DNA from: an uncultured delta proteobacterium
GTDB lineage: Bacteria > Myxococcota_A > Polyangia > Fen-1088
DNA length: 64,000 nucleotides
Direction of reading: 5' to 3'
Assembly: GCA_963796685.1 (NCBI GenBank)
Contig: CAWCMR010000025.1
Coordinates: forward strand, 288,001 to 352,000
In this document: piece by piece, positions 63,276 through 64,000 of the stretch
How the letters are laid out: each line of letters begins with the position of its first letter
Position numbering within the stretch: the first letter of the stretch is position 1
Notes under the pieces: model-generated
The model's input: only the letters and a program-made list of their open reading frames with translations
Told to the model about the DNA's origin: nothing
Database searches by the model: none
Program-made: the position numbers and the translations under genes

Positions 63276-64000
63276 TCACGATTCGCGTCGGTCGTCCCGC
63301 GCGATGCCAAGGGCACGCATCTTCTTGTGCAAGTTCGTCCGTTCAAGACCGAGAATCTGCGCCGTGCGCGAGATGTTCCACTCGTTTTCGTCGAGCTTGG
63401 CCAGGACGTACTGGCGTTCGACCAAATCGCGCAGCTCGCGCAAGGGAAGGTTCTTGGCCTCGGGAGGCAATTCCAGAGCTCCCAACGCCTGCATCGGCCG
63501 GCTCACCCTGGCCACCTCGGCCACGATCTCCTCGGGCAGGTCGCCTGCCCCGATGCTGTCCTCCGAGAGGATGACCAGACGCTCGACCACGTTGCGCAAT
63601 TCGCGCACGTTGCCCGGCCAGGTGTAGGCCGCGAGGACCTCGACCGCCTCCGGCGTGATGGTCTTCTCGTGCAGGCCGTTTTCGCGCGCGATCTGCGCCA
63701 CGAAGGACTTGCACAGAAGTGGAATATCAGCGGCCCGGTCGCGCAAGGGCGGCGCGCGCAGCGGAACCACGGCCAGACGAAAGTAGAGATCCTCGCGGAA
63801 CTGCCCGCCAGAGACCGCAGCTTGCAAGTCGCGATTCGTGGCGGCCAGCACGCGCACGTCCACCTTCAGGGTCGTTTCGCTGCCCACGCGCGAGAGCTCG
63901 CCCGACTGGAGCACGCGCAGGACCTTGGCCTGGGCCGACAAGCTCATATCGCCGATCTCGTCGAGGAAGATGGTGCCTCCGTCGGCGAGCTCGAACAGGC
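63276..64000 (-). CDS. Sigma-54-dependent activator, 3' part (runs off the right edge)
   Basis: FELADGGTIFLDEIGD, AATNRDL, FREDLYFRL, WPGNVRELRN, Fis-type HTH. Confidence 0.95.
   Translation of the reverse strand, partial: LFELADGGTIFLDEIGDMSLSAQAKVLRVLQSGELSRVGSETTLKVDVRVLAATNRDLQAAVSGGQFREDLYFRLAVVPLRAPPLRDRAADIPLLCKSFVAQIARENGLHEKTITPEAVEVLAAYTWPGNVRELRNVVERLVILSEDSIGAGDLPEEIVAEVARVSRPMQALGALELPPEAKNLPLRELRDLVERQYVLAKLDENEWNISRTAQILGLERTNLHKKMRALGIARDDRRES

Overview
High-GC bacterial chromosomal window, probably Myxococcota/Polyangia-like. That placement is inferred from the eukaryote-like Ser/Thr kinases, FHA-DUF4388, PEGA, VWA and Cys-rich lipoproteins, and a second EF-G. About 45 CDS were annotated by eye; no rRNA, tRNA, CRISPR array or transposase is recognisable. 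Recognisable housekeeping-type genes are glmS, ilvB, ilvN, uvrA, clpX, a fusA paralogue, dksA-like, HU and a deoxyhypusine-synthase-like gene. The first ~8 kb is damaged: an RND efflux operon has one frameshift in each of its three genes, and an alpha-2-macroglobulin-like gene is broken. Most notable: (1) a co-oriented cluster at 52-63 kb encoding Crp, a multi-receiver protein, a double Ddl-like ATP-grasp ligase, a DmpA-family peptidase, a divergent GshB-like ATP-grasp, a GAF-GGDEF with the Hypr (3',3'-cGAMP synthase) GHxxGS signature, a P460-fold cytochrome and an S9 peptidase; (2) a dispersed two-hairpin REP-like element that forms a nested, stepwise-expanding array (78/151/209/209 bp) after ilvN; (3) several enzyme paralogues with substituted catalytic residues (PdxA, FolE, GshB-like, a pseudokinase). 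All calls are motif-based; no database searches were run.
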